From assembly GCA_046758445.1 (NCBI GenBank), contig JBHIAE010000014.1, positions 1-64,000 of the forward strand: a stretch of 64,000 nucleotides of DNA, in the 5' to 3' direction. The stretch comes from Candidatus Thorarchaeota archaeon. GTDB taxonomy: Archaea > Asgardarchaeota > Thorarchaeia > Thorarchaeales > Thorarchaeaceae. This document shows positions 20,022 through 29,701 of the stretch, piece after piece. Each line of letters opens with the position of its first letter. Within the stretch, counting starts at the first letter, position 1. The notes beneath the pieces were generated by a model. That model had not been told where the DNA came from. It did not search any database and saw nothing but the letters and a program-made list of their open reading frames with translations. A program made the position numbers and the translations under genes.

Positions 20022-20402
20022 CTATTGACGCCGCTTCCGTTCTGAAGCCCATTCCATCAACGGGACAATAAGCCGCCGGAGATTCTTCCCGTCCTCCGTC
20101 AACGAGTACTCTACTCGTGGAGGTATCTCAGGAAAGGCGTTTCTGACAATGATTCGTTCCGCTTCCAAGTCCCTGAGCCTTTGTGCGAGGCTACTCGGGC
20201 TAATACCTTTGAGAATAGTCTGAATCTCATTGAATCTTATGGACCCATGGTTTCCGATGACGGTAACTATCTGCAGAGTCCACTTTCTGCTGATTGTTTC
20301 TATGACACCCTCGAGTGGACAGAGACATATTCCCTCAACTATCTCTTCGCTGCACGTCGCATTACTATCTGAATTCATACTGGCTTCCAACCTCAATAGC
20401 AA
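20022..20402 (-). CDS. HxlR-family winged-HTH regulator
   Basis: CP...ISRKW, RFNEI...ISPSSLAQRLRDLE, EIPPRVEYSLT. Confidence 0.92.
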   Translation of the reverse strand: MLLRLEASMNSDSNATCSEEIVEGICLCPLEGVIETISRKWTLQIVTVIGNHGSIRFNEIQTILKGISPSSLAQRLRDLEAERIIVRNAFPEIPPRVEYSLTEDGKNLRRLIVPLMEWASERKRRQ

Positions 20403-20509
20403 CTTTAGTGCTACGAACTTTGTAGTTTAAATACTTCGGTTCTTATAGTAATCTCATGGTTCACATAACTTCCCAATGAAATGACTGTTGAGATGGAGGT
20501 GAAAAGAAG

Positions 20510-20596
20510 ATGTGCAAAGAATGCCTAGAGGAAGAGAAGAAAGATGAAAAGGCTAGACGAAAGAAACGGCGAAAACCAAGCCCTCCAGCGAAGTAG
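20510..20596 (+). CDS. 28-aa CxxC micropeptide
   Basis: MCKECLEEEKKDEKARRKKRRKPSPPAK; GGAGGTGA RBS at 20495-20502; divergent from HxlR. Confidence 0.5.
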   Translation: MCKECLEEEKKDEKARRKKRRKPSPPAK

Positions 20597-20650
20597 CTTC
20601 ACCACAACGGAGGTCAATCAAACCCCATCATAGTTAGTGCTCTCAGTGCT

Positions 20651-21256
20651 CTAGGAAACGTGGTCATTTGTGGCACGAGTAAGATACGCTCTCGCGCCGC
20701 CCTCATGGATCCTTGATTCGAAGATGGTTTCCCGAATGTAGTCAACTGTGAAGTCCGGTTCCAGAGTCTTTCTAATCTCTTCCTTCGACACTCTTCTTGG
20801 ACCCCGACCCGGTGGTTCCTTGTCAGAGAAACATAGCATGTAGTAAACCCCACCAGGCTTGAGTACTCGTTTAATCTGTTTGACAAACTCATTCAGATTC
20901 TGCTGGTGAATCGAATGGAACAGGCCGGAGTCGATGATGTGGTCAAACTCGTTTGCCATGAAGTACCGGTGAAGATTCAAAACATCCCCTAGCACGAACT
21001 CTACTTCGACATTGCGCCGGATTGTACGGTCTCGTGCGATTCCAACGGCCTCTGGAGTGAAGTCGATACCCACTGCTGAGAACCCGTTCTTTGAAAGGAA
21101 TATGGTGTTCTCTCCAGGCCCAGACCCAACGTCGAGGACTCTTGACGGTCTTAGTTCTCCACGATCGACTAGCTCAACAAAGGCCTTCTGAGGATGACCA
21201 ACGTCCCAAGGTGGAACTGACGAATATGAATCGCTCCAAGTGCTCAACTCAGTCAC
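20651..21256 (-). CDS. Class I SAM-dependent methyltransferase
   Basis: PPWDVG, VLDVGSGPG, DSGLFH, LKPGG. Confidence 0.9.
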   Translation of the reverse strand: MTELSTWSDSYSSVPPWDVGHPQKAFVELVDRGELRPSRVLDVGSGPGENTIFLSKNGFSAVGIDFTPEAVGIARDRTIRRNVEVEFVLGDVLNLHRYFMANEFDHIIDSGLFHSIHQQNLNEFVKQIKRVLKPGGVYYMLCFSDKEPPGRGPRRVSKEEIRKTLEPDFTVDYIRETIFESRIHEGGARAYLTRATNDHVS

Positions 21257-21269
21257 ACCATTAGGTTGC

Positions 21270-21283
21270 GTAATTATAGTTAA
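21270..21283. promoter_or_regulatory. Operator-like site GTAAT-TATA-GTTAA
   Basis: 14 bp upstream of the methyltransferase start; matches TTAAC-N4-GTTAA with 2 mismatches. Confidence 0.5.
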
Positions 21284-21543
21284 CTACTCTATGCTAGATG
21301 CAAATCCTGAGTGAAATAGCCAGACATCACACTTCGAGCTGACAACTTCATATGAAAGCGAAAGAGTACTTGACACTGTGTGAAGAGCAAGTCCTCAGAC
21401 TCTCAGTAACTGGCGCATACACATTCCTGCAGTTTCAGGGTCATTCAGAGTAGGCAGTATGTGTCGTCAGATCAATGCAAAGCTCCCCCCTTGCAGTTTC
21501 CGTACATGAGTTGCGTTCGACCGAATGCATGGCAATGTGCATT

Positions 21544-22479
21544 TCAGTCCCAGTATGGTCTGCGTACATACCTGTAGGCATTATGAGCGGCTAGAGCGCC
21601 TTGAGCTGCCGCAACAGTCGCCAATTGATAGACGGACACTATATCCCCGGCTGCGAAGACTCCCTCTACATTCGTCCGCATCTCGCTGTCTGTCTTAATG
21701 AATTTGCCATTCATGCTCAGATTAAGGTCGGTAAAGATTTCAGTGTTCGGTACTAGACCAACTGCAAGTACGACACGGTCCACATCAAGTCGCCACTCCT
21801 CACCGGTAACGCTGTTCTTCAGCCTGACCCAAGAAACCTCAGTTTCGCCCCCAATCTCCAGCAGTTCCGTTTTGTACAAGATTTCGGCCATGTTCTCATC
21901 GACAACCCGGGAAACCGTACTTTCTGCCGCCCGGAAAGCATCTCGTCTATGAGCAAGCCAGATCTTGTGTGTGACTGCGTTTGCATCGACGACTGCGTCA
22001 AGGGCTGTATCACCTCCGCCAATCACAAGAACCCGCTTATCGCGAAAGTATGCGGGTTCAGTCACATACGGATAGACGCCGCGGTTCTTACGTGAGAACT
22101 TATCCTCACCCGGAACACCGAGGATGTTCGGCTTCATTCCCGTGGCGAGAATCACAACTTTCGCTTGGTAGTGGCCCTCATTAGTTGTCACGCCTCGGTT
22201 GGATGTGATACCTGTCACCCTCTCAGGGATGAGATAGACGCCAAGATCAGCACACTGTCTGACCCACTCTGAAACTAGGTGTGATGCTAGTATCTTGGGA
22301 ACACCCGGATAGTTGAACACGTGCTTGTAGGGATAGATGGTTGATAGCAGCCCTCCCCATGTTCCGCCTTCAAAAACGGCAGTCCTTAGTCCCTTGTAAG
22401 AGGATATCGTTCCTGCTGATAAGCCCGCAGGGCCCCCACCGATAATGGCTACGTCATAGGAGCTAGTTTCTGACTCCAT
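21544..22479 (-). CDS. TrxR-fold FAD oxidoreductase without CxxC (ferredoxin-NADP+ reductase YumC type)
   Basis: GGGPAG, GGLLSTIYPYK, GGGDTA, HRR, GVFAAGD; GVYPYV where TrxR has CxxC. Confidence 0.8.
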   Translation of the reverse strand: MESETSSYDVAIIGGGPAGLSAGTISSYKGLRTAVFEGGTWGGLLSTIYPYKHVFNYPGVPKILASHLVSEWVRQCADLGVYLIPERVTGITSNRGVTTNEGHYQAKVVILATGMKPNILGVPGEDKFSRKNRGVYPYVTEPAYFRDKRVLVIGGGDTALDAVVDANAVTHKIWLAHRRDAFRAAESTVSRVVDENMAEILYKTELLEIGGETEVSWVRLKNSVTGEEWRLDVDRVVLAVGLVPNTEIFTDLNLSMNGKFIKTDSEMRTNVEGVFAAGDIVSVYQLATVAAAQGALAAHNAYRYVRRPYWD

Positions 22480-22740
22480 TCTCTCAATTCACCTTCCTGG
22501 CAAAGTTACTTCTTGCCGAGTCATTGACACATGATGTCCCAGAGAACACCTCATCAAAGAAGGGGTCATATGTCACGTCAATTTGATTGACCCTTTCTCC
22601 AACCACCATGTATGCATTGTATGTTATAGCATGGAGTGTTGTGAGGGAACGACCATGCAAATGGCGAATGTAGCGGTTAGCTGTATCGACCCAGTACAAA
22701 TCTTTCGCCCCTTCAGATTCCCTCATCGCTGGTCACGTAT

Positions 22741-22754
22741 TTAACTATAGTTAC
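22741..22754. promoter_or_regulatory. Operator-like site TTAAC-TATA-GTTAC
   Basis: Intergenic, between the divergent oxidoreductase and pruA. Confidence 0.5.
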
Positions 22755-23212
22755 ATCTCCTAATAAGATGACCGGCCAGTGATTGTGCCTGTTATGGCAC
22801 ATCGATCCCATACAATGTGCGATGATTCCTATCCAAGAGATACACTGTCTGCGATAGGATCTGCCATTCATTTCAGTTGGACGTACCTGTACACGGGAGT
22901 GATGTCCTCTCAGAATCGAGCTGGCATGACCTCCGGGCGGTCCGAGTGTGTGTCGAGTCAACCTCAAGCTGTTGTGCAAGGACTGAGCATAAGCCATGTT
23001 TTCAAAGTATCCTTGTTGATTGGACAGTCTTCTAGCTGGTCTACAACCTTGTCCAAGTTCTCTTCAGCTGCCGGATGCTTATTGGTACAATCATGGACCA
23101 ACATGTTTGGTAGATCTCATTCTGGGTTTTAGATGGCAAGCTCATAGAGGGTGCTCCTCCCAAGGATCATGCTTCAGTCGTTGTGACTATCGGGGCTTTT
23201 ATATGGTGATTG

Positions 23213-23226
23213 TTAACTATAGTGAA
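23213..23226. promoter_or_regulatory. Operator-like site TTAACTATAGTGAA upstream of P5C dehydrogenase
   Basis: Between the TTTTATAT TATA-like box (about 23197) and ATG 23243. Confidence 0.6.
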
Positions 23227-23242
23227 ATGATTGGTGTGATTA

Positions 23243-24871
23243 ATGTTCGGTGCTAGGTTTACAGTCCCAAGACCCAAGAATGAAACTGTTCTGGGATATC
23301 GGTCTGGCAGCACGGAGAGAAGGGAGCTAAAGGCCAAGCTCAAGGAACTTAAATCTCAAAGATTAGACATCCCTATGATTATCGGGGGCAAAGAAATCCG
23401 AACTGGGAATCTGGGGAAGTCTGTCATGCCACACGACCATCGGCATGTGTTGGCTGACTTTCACATGGCAGGCAAGGACGAAGTCCTCGAGGCAATTGAA
23501 GCCGCTCTCAAAGCAAGAAAGACGTGGGCTAGAACATCTTGGTATGATCGTGCAGCTGTCTTTCTGAAAGCTGCTGAACTAATCGCGGGACCGAATAGGC
23601 TCACCGTCAACGCGGCCGCCATGCTTGACCTGAGCAAGAACGTGTATCAAGCCGAGATAGACGCAGCAAACGAGCTGGTTGATTTCCTTCGTTTCAATGT
23701 CTACTATATGCAGGAAATCTATGGATCCCAGGCTTCCTCCGCTCAGGGCGAATGGAACCGTATTGAATATCGTCCCCTCGAAGGTTTTGTGCTAGCTGTG
23801 AGTCCCTTCAACTTCGTGAGCATCATGGGCAACCTTCCAACAGCTCCGGCAATGATGGGAAATGTGGTGGTTTGGAAGCCGGCATCGACAGCTGTGTATG
23901 CAGCATATCATGTGATGAAAGTGCTGCTTGATGCAGGGATTCCCCCAGGTGTGATCAACTTCGTGCCCGGCTCAGGTGCTGAGGTGGGCAATCCTGCCCT
24001 GAACCACCCGGCCCTTGCAGGCATTCACTTCACAGGAAGCACAGGCACCTTTAGGGCCTTGTGGCGAAGGATAGCCAAGAACATTCACAGATACAAGACG
24101 TATCCCCGGTTAGTCGGGGAAACAGGTGGCAAGGATTTTGTGTTCGCACATCGGTCTGCAGACATTGATGCGTTGGTCACTGCGTTGATTCGTGGTGCCT
24201 ATGAGTATCAGGGCCAGAAATGTTCTGCCGTTTCCCGCGCCTATATCCCGGAGTCCCTGTGGTCTATCCTAAGAGAACGGCTTCTTTCATCTCTCAAGCA
24301 GGTTCGTGTGGGGGATGTGGAAGACTTCACGACCCTTGTCAACGCTATGATTGACAAGCCTGCGTTTGACAGAGTCGTAGAGTACATTGAGTATGCTATG
24401 CACTCTCCAGATGCCGATATCGTTGCGGGTGGTACTTATGATGACGAAGTGGGCTACTTCATCAATCCTACAGTGGTTCTCACCAAGAATCCAAAGTCCA
24501 AGTTGATGGAAGAGGAGATCTTCGGCCCCATCCTGACTGTCTACGTATATCCTGACGACAGATATGAGGAAGCATTGCACCTCTGCGACGAAACATCACC
24601 ATACGCCCTTACAGGGTCCATCTTTGCCACAGAGAGAGATGCAGTCGTGCTTGCCACTGACATATTGGAGCATGCTGCCGGGAACTTCTATATCAATGAC
24701 AAGCCAACTGGTGCAGTGGTCGGCCGCCAGCCCTTTGGCGGAGCGCGCGCATCCGGCACCAATGACAAGGCTGGGAGTAGAATCAACCTCATGCGGTGGG
24801 TGTCACCAAGGACGATAAAGGAGAACTATCTACCACCAAAGCGCTTTGTATATGACTATATGGAAGGGTGA
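23243..24871 (+). CDS. pruA: L-glutamate gamma-semialdehyde (1-pyrroline-5-carboxylate) dehydrogenase
   Basis: AEIDAA.E..DF.RFN, SPFNF, FTGST, GETGGK, EYQGQKCSA, EEIFGP, SGTNDKAG. Confidence 0.93.
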   Translation: MFGARFTVPRPKNETVLGYRSGSTERRELKAKLKELKSQRLDIPMIIGGKEIRTGNLGKSVMPHDHRHVLADFHMAGKDEVLEAIEAALKARKTWARTSWYDRAAVFLKAAELIAGPNRLTVNAAAMLDLSKNVYQAEIDAANELVDFLRFNVYYMQEIYGSQASSAQGEWNRIEYRPLEGFVLAVSPFNFVSIMGNLPTAPAMMGNVVVWKPASTAVYAAYHVMKVLLDAGIPPGVINFVPGSGAEVGNPALNHPALAGIHFTGSTGTFRALWRRIAKNIHRYKTYPRLVGETGGKDFVFAHRSADIDALVTALIRGAYEYQGQKCSAVSRAYIPESLWSILRERLLSSLKQVRVGDVEDFTTLVNAMIDKPAFDRVVEYIEYAMHSPDADIVAGGTYDDEVGYFINPTVVLTKNPKSKLMEEEIFGPILTVYVYPDDRYEEALHLCDETSPYALTGSIFATERDAVVLATDILEHAAGNFYINDKPTGAVVGRQPFGGARASGTNDKAGSRINLMRWVSPRTIKENYLPPKRFVYDYMEG

Positions 24872-24916
24872 TGGTCCAAGTTACTCTTGGGTTATTCTCT
24901 GTAGTCTGTAGCAGAA

Positions 24917-24952
24917 GAGGGTGTTCAACAGGGCCATTAGGGCAAGTCCCAA
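24917..24952 (+). repeat. Degenerate left end of the cassette-spacer repeat (copy 1)
   Basis: gagggtgttcaacagggccattagggcaagtcccaa versus the shared gagggtgctcaacagtg-N5-7-agggcaagtgccaa pattern. Confidence 0.55.
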
Positions 24953-24988
24953 ATCATTGTGCGTTCCTCAGCTTCCCCTTGTGTCAAG

Positions 24989-26014
24989 TTACAGAATGCT
25001 GGTGAGTAGATTCCAGACTGCCTCTCTGTCACGACGATCTATGAGGGCAATCTCTCGAGGGTACGACGTATCACACTTGCAACATTCCCTGGCCGAATGC
25101 ATATACATCTCATAGGCTTCTGATCTGAATATCTTGCCCAGTCCTAGCTGGGTCACATTCCCGAGCCGGAAGTCCGCGGGGACTGGTCTTGCACTCTCAG
25201 AGATAGTTGAACAGACTCGGACTTCTCCGTCCCAACAGACCGTCACAAGAACCTTTGGGACCTGACATGAGTATGGAGTCTGCGCTGCGAGCGACTTGAA
25301 GTAGGATACGGAGTTGGATATGGGAAGCCCTGCCCTCTTCATCTGTATCAACCTACGAGAAGCCCTCTCTATTTCTTCTCGACTTGGTAGGAGATGCTCG
25401 TTGTAGCCCTCAATAACCTCCATCATCTCAAGTGTTAATTGCACATCAAGATCTTGAGCCAGAGCAACCATCTCATCAATCCTTCTCACATTCTCCTTCT
25501 GAATCACACAATTGATGAGCACTCTCAGGTCTTCGAACTCTCTCGCAAGCTTGACACCTTCAATCGCTCTGTTGTACACTCCGGAGATGCCTCTTAGCCG
25601 ATCATGGACCTCAGCCTCAGGATGATCGATTGAAACCATCACTCCCCAGAGATCATCTGCGATCCCCCGTATCTGCTGTGGAAGGAGCCACCCATTTGTT
25701 ATGACTGTGCAGTCCATTCCCAAGTTATTCGCATGAGAAAGAATCTTGGAGAGGTCCGTCCTCAAGAGGGGTTCTCCTCCCCAGACAACATAGTCGGTCA
25801 TCCCAAGCTGACGTGCTTCTTCAAGCATCTGAAAGATCTCTTGTGTGGTCATCTCTCGAAGTTTCCCCAGTTTCCAATAGTCACAGGTCGCACAACGACA
25901 GTTACATACAGATGTAATCATGTGACTTAGGAAAATGGGACGCTCTGTGATTAGCTGCATCCTCAGCACACTAGCCAAGAAACTCAGGTTTCGGCCAATC
26001 CTTGTCAGATTCAT
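24989..26014 (-). CDS. Radical SAM/SPASM-domain protein
   Basis: CNCRCATC, GGEPLLR, TNG, C-terminal C...DG.V..C...CCKC. Confidence 0.9.
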   Translation of the reverse strand: MNLTRIGRNLSFLASVLRMQLITERPIFLSHMITSVCNCRCATCDYWKLGKLREMTTQEIFQMLEEARQLGMTDYVVWGGEPLLRTDLSKILSHANNLGMDCTVITNGWLLPQQIRGIADDLWGVMVSIDHPEAEVHDRLRGISGVYNRAIEGVKLAREFEDLRVLINCVIQKENVRRIDEMVALAQDLDVQLTLEMMEVIEGYNEHLLPSREEIERASRRLIQMKRAGLPISNSVSYFKSLAAQTPYSCQVPKVLVTVCWDGEVRVCSTISESARPVPADFRLGNVTQLGLGKIFRSEAYEMYMHSARECCKCDTSYPREIALIDRRDREAVWNLLTSIL

Positions 26015-26069
26015 AGCAACGCATCCCTTAGTACTGAGAAGGCCTAATGGCCGGTCTTGTCTAGGTCCA

Positions 26070-26083
26070 TTAACAATTGTTAA
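26070..26083. promoter_or_regulatory. Perfect palindrome TTAAC-AATT-GTTAA
   Basis: About 55 bp upstream of the radical SAM start. Confidence 0.55.
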
Positions 26084-26452
26084 AATAGATAAGTCTTCCT
26101 CATTGTGTTTGGGTGCATATGTCGAATCTGAAGATCACTGCCAGATGAAAGGGTGCCTGATCGTGCATCACGAGACTAGTATGATTTCAATCATGACTCT
26201 CTATGCACGGGCGTCCAGTCGTGAGAGATTAACTGCCCAGTGTAATCTGGACAGTCTTGAACATCGAAGTGCTGTCCAACAAGGAAACTTGCTGGTTCAA
26301 CCCCGTAAGATGCGAGCTGTGCCATTTTGGTTTCGCTGATTTGTCCTCAACCCGAGAATCGAAGTGCATGTCCAACTTTGTACAAGTCTTGGGCAGCTGT
26401 CAGCAATCCCTCTGCCCCACATAAGTGAATGTATGTACTTTGGGACCAATGG

Positions 26453-26887
26453 TCAGTCTGTGTAGTCACTGTTGAAATAGCGCTCTATGTTCATTAAGAA
26501 AGCCTTAGCCTGTCCTGCAATGTTTGCAGAAATCACTTTGTTCAGGACTGTTCGTATCATTCCCTTCACTTCCATCGTAAGTGTGTGACTCACTTCGGTC
26601 CCATCGGCCACTGGCAACAACTCGACAACACTCTCAATATGAAGATGTTCACCCTCACCACGCACATTGAATAATCTCATGCCTTCCTGAGTAATCCTGA
26701 CTTGCAGACCTTTTGTCCTCGTAATTCTCCTTTGTTGATCCTTGAGAAACCAGGTACTGACTCCTTCACTCGATTCAGTGCGGGCCACAAAGGCATAAAA
26801 CAGTCCGATGGTATCAGGGGACTCAAACAAGGCAGCTATCTTTTCAGATGAAGCGGAAACTTGTCTAACTTGAGTGGATGTTGGCAC
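26453..26887 (-). CDS. SRPBCC/CoxG-like protein
   Basis: Size and beta-rich pattern with C-terminal helix (..AFLMNIERY). Confidence 0.6.
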   Translation of the reverse strand: MPTSTQVRQVSASSEKIAALFESPDTIGLFYAFVARTESSEGVSTWFLKDQQRRITRTKGLQVRITQEGMRLFNVRGEGEHLHIESVVELLPVADGTEVSHTLTMEVKGMIRTVLNKVISANIAGQAKAFLMNIERYFNSDYTD

Positions 26888-26893
26888 CTTGAT

Positions 26894-27181
26894 CTACTCC
26901 TCTAGCTGTGCATTTAGCTTGTCTGCGTTGTTGTGACCCGTCACAAGGACCTCGACTGACTCTATCTCAGGAATATCCAAGACCTTCTCTCGGATCTCAT
27001 GGCCAATGTGGAGAGCAAACGGGTCCGGACAAAACGGCACGGTGAGATGAAATGTGACTCTAACCTTGCTCCCTTCTATTGCCACCTCATCAATGAGCCC
27101 TCTGTCATAGATTGGTCTGCCAAACTCCGGATCCAATACTTCCTTCAGCTTTGCCCAGACCTTCTCTTCAATCTCAGCCAT
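26894..27181 (-). CDS. DUF59/SufT/PaaD-like Fe-S assembly factor
   Basis: LKEVLDPE...I.D.GLI, LTVPFCP. Confidence 0.85.
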   Translation of the reverse strand: MAEIEEKVWAKLKEVLDPEFGRPIYDRGLIDEVAIEGSKVRVTFHLTVPFCPDPFALHIGHEIREKVLDIPEIESVEVLVTGHNNADKLNAQLEE

Positions 27182-27183
27182 AC

Positions 27184-28323
27184 TCAGTCCACCCCAATAA
27201 TACCTGAGTCATACTCTACAAGCTGTTCTGGACCTTCACTTGTCAAATGGAAGACATCCTCAATGCGTGCTGCGCCCTTTCCGGGCACCCATAGAATCGG
27301 ATGTCCAAAAGACAGGACCATGTCTTCCCGAAGACGGACCATCATATGTTCCGGGAAGATCGTACTGAATGGTTTCTCCTCGAAGTTCAGACCGATGCCA
27401 TGCGCGATTCCACGAATCTGGTAATCACCCATTCCATGCTCCTTCAATGCACCATAGAACGCATTGTCTAACTGCATCACCTTCACCCCAGGTCGTGCAG
27501 CATCCATTGCTGCCTTCCTAGCGTGGTCATAAGCTTCTGAAACTTGGACAAGTCCTTGGCTGGGCGGCCCCAAGTTTAGTACACGAGTGAGGTTTCCATG
27601 ATAACCCCTGTACATTGGTGACACGTCTATCAAGACCGGGTCGCCATGCTGCACAACTCGATCTGTGGCCACTCCATGAAGGCCCTGTGACCTCTCGCCC
27701 GAGTTCACAAACGGTTCGAAACCGAAGCCTGAAGCCCCCTCTCGCCTCATTGTGTACGTGATCTCAGCAAGAACCTCCTGCTCACTGACTCCAGGCCGGA
27801 GGAACTCTTGGGCAGTGTCCATGCCCTTCGCTGCAATCTCCTGGGCCTTCCTCATGAGTTCTATCTCACTGGGCGACTTTGTCAGTCTCATCTCAATTAG
27901 TGTGTCAGATGCATCTACCACACTGACGGTGGGGTTTGCTAGTTTGAATCGCTCATAAAGGAATGCAGGCAGAGAGAAGTCCATGTGCAGACCCACAGTG
28001 CCCTCCTCACAACCGTGTTCCTTCAGAAGATTGATGATTGCCACAATCATTTCGTGGACTGCAGTGTATGGTCGTACATCTTTGATCCAACTGGCCTGTT
28101 TCAGACTCTCGCTTTCTCCTCTAAACACCAACAATGCAGGATTGCCTTCTTGCGGTATGAATGCCCGTGGCTGTTTTCGCAAGTCTCCAGTGTAGTAAAC
28201 ATAGTTCGCGAGGTCCATGATGACGATGGCATCAATCTCGTCCTTAGACATCTGCAACTGTAGATTCTTGACTCTCTCTTCGTATTCCCTCATGGCACAG
28301 ACCCGTACATCTGCTGTTTTCAA
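27184..28323 (-). CDS. M24 Xaa-Pro peptidase/creatinase-fold protein
   Basis: R..KSPSEIELMRKA, HGIGL, RIED; two metal ligands altered. Confidence 0.85.
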   Translation of the reverse strand: MKTADVRVCAMREYEERVKNLQLQMSKDEIDAIVIMDLANYVYYTGDLRKQPRAFIPQEGNPALLVFRGESESLKQASWIKDVRPYTAVHEMIVAIINLLKEHGCEEGTVGLHMDFSLPAFLYERFKLANPTVSVVDASDTLIEMRLTKSPSEIELMRKAQEIAAKGMDTAQEFLRPGVSEQEVLAEITYTMRREGASGFGFEPFVNSGERSQGLHGVATDRVVQHGDPVLIDVSPMYRGYHGNLTRVLNLGPPSQGLVQVSEAYDHARKAAMDAARPGVKVMQLDNAFYGALKEHGMGDYQIRGIAHGIGLNFEEKPFSTIFPEHMMVRLREDMVLSFGHPILWVPGKGAARIEDVFHLTSEGPEQLVEYDSGIIGVD

Positions 28324-28420
28324 AACCTTTGTGGTGGGTTGATCGCATCTCCGAGTGCCGGAACAAGAGTGAGTCGTTGTGCACCGAAACTGATAACAAG
28401 AGTCTACAAAGGGAAAAGTC

Positions 28421-28477
28421 GCTCAACAATAACAGAAGGGCAGACCCCCAATCTCTCTATCACCGCCCCTTCTGCTT
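28421..28477 (+). repeat. Short-form (type B) repeat (copy 2)
   Basis: gctcaacaataacagaagggcagacccccaatctctctatcaccgcc matches the copies at 44449 and 50661. Confidence 0.8.
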
Positions 28478-28597
28478 CAGTCATCACTAATGATGTCTTC
28501 TCCATGATTGAACTGCTGCAGAGATTTCAGCATGAATGGAAAAGGATAGATTCATGATAAGGGCTCATGCTATATCTCAATTCACTGGTGAGTCGAT

Positions 28598-29701
28598 TTG
28601 CAGGTCCTGGAAGCCACCTTCAACATTGGACTCCTTGCCCTGGGCCTTGTCATGCTGAGTCAGGGTTCCGAGTACTTCGTTGAGGCAGCGTCAAAGCTTG
28701 CGAGAGCGGCTGGTGTTTCAGAGCTGTACATTGGCCTTACGCTTGTGGCCATTGGTACCTCCTTGCCGGAGATAGTTTCCAGTTCTGTGGCAATTGCTGC
28801 CGGCAGTGCAGACTTGGCGTTCGGAAACATCCTCGGCAGCGTTATGGCGAATCTGACCTTGGTGGTTGGTCTGAGTGCAATCTTTGCACCCCTGGCTTCA
28901 AATGCCGTGATTCTTGACCGAGATGCCAAGATCATGATTTTCATTGTACTCTTTCTAGGATTCTCTGTGTTTGATCCGTTCACACCATCACAAATCACAG
29001 CCTACGAAGGCATCATCCTGCTGCTTCTGTTTGTCACCTATTTGCTCTTCCTCTATGATAGCCGAGATGAATGTGAAACATGCTACCAATTCAAGGTATT
29101 CGTCGACTTCTTAATCAGATTGAGATTCCTCACAACTCTTCGTGGAATTGCTCGTGGGCCCTCTCCAACTGAGCCATTCACGGATGAGTCCACTGACCAA
29201 GAAGTGGGCGCCAGACCAACGTTACAGGAACATCGTAGACCCTATCGGGAAATCATCATCGTTACTCTCGCGGCTGTGGGTGTAGTAGTGGGGGCACAGT
29301 TCGCCATCCAAGGAGCTGTCAATATCAGCTTCTCTTGGGGGATAAGCGAGGGTGTGATAGGTCTGACAGTGATTGCCTTAGGCACCTCTCTCCCTGAGAT
29401 CATGGTTTCTGTCAATAGTGCACGGAAAGGATTTGGCAGACTCCTAATTGGTAACGTCATAGGTAGCAATATAATCACCATCACATTGGGATTGGGTTTT
29501 GGGGTCTTTGCTGGTCCCACTTCAATAGACCCACTCACAGCAGGATTGCTAGTCGGGCTGTCACTTTTCATCTCAATTCTATTCTACTACATCATCAAGA
29601 TGGACTGGCGTGTGACAAGGAGAGAAGGAACAATTCTTCTCTTGTGCTATGTTCTCTCCCAGATTGCAATCTTTGGCATTCTGCAACTCGGCGGGTTCTA
29701 G
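28598..29701 (+). CDS. Ca2+/Na+ antiporter (YrbG/CaCA family)
   Basis: Two alpha-repeats: AIGTSLPE...GNILGS and ALGTSLPE...GNVIGSN. Confidence 0.93.
   Translation: MQVLEATFNIGLLALGLVMLSQGSEYFVEAASKLARAAGVSELYIGLTLVAIGTSLPEIVSSSVAIAAGSADLAFGNILGSVMANLTLVVGLSAIFAPLASNAVILDRDAKIMIFIVLFLGFSVFDPFTPSQITAYEGIILLLLFVTYLLFLYDSRDECETCYQFKVFVDFLIRLRFLTTLRGIARGPSPTEPFTDESTDQEVGARPTLQEHRRPYREIIIVTLAAVGVVVGAQFAIQGAVNISFSWGISEGVIGLTVIALGTSLPEIMVSVNSARKGFGRLLIGNVIGSNIITITLGLGFGVFAGPTSIDPLTAGLLVGLSLFISILFYYIIKMDWRVTRREGTILLLCYVLSQIAIFGILQLGGF

Noticed and set aside
21544-22479. Thioredoxin reductase (trxB)
   Set aside because: No redox-active CxxC; better matches TrxR-fold ferredoxin-NADP+ reductases.
22484-23256. 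Several overlapping short ORFs between the oxidoreductase and pruA
   Set aside because: No recognisable motifs and they conflict with each other; a decayed small minus-strand gene is possible but unsupported.
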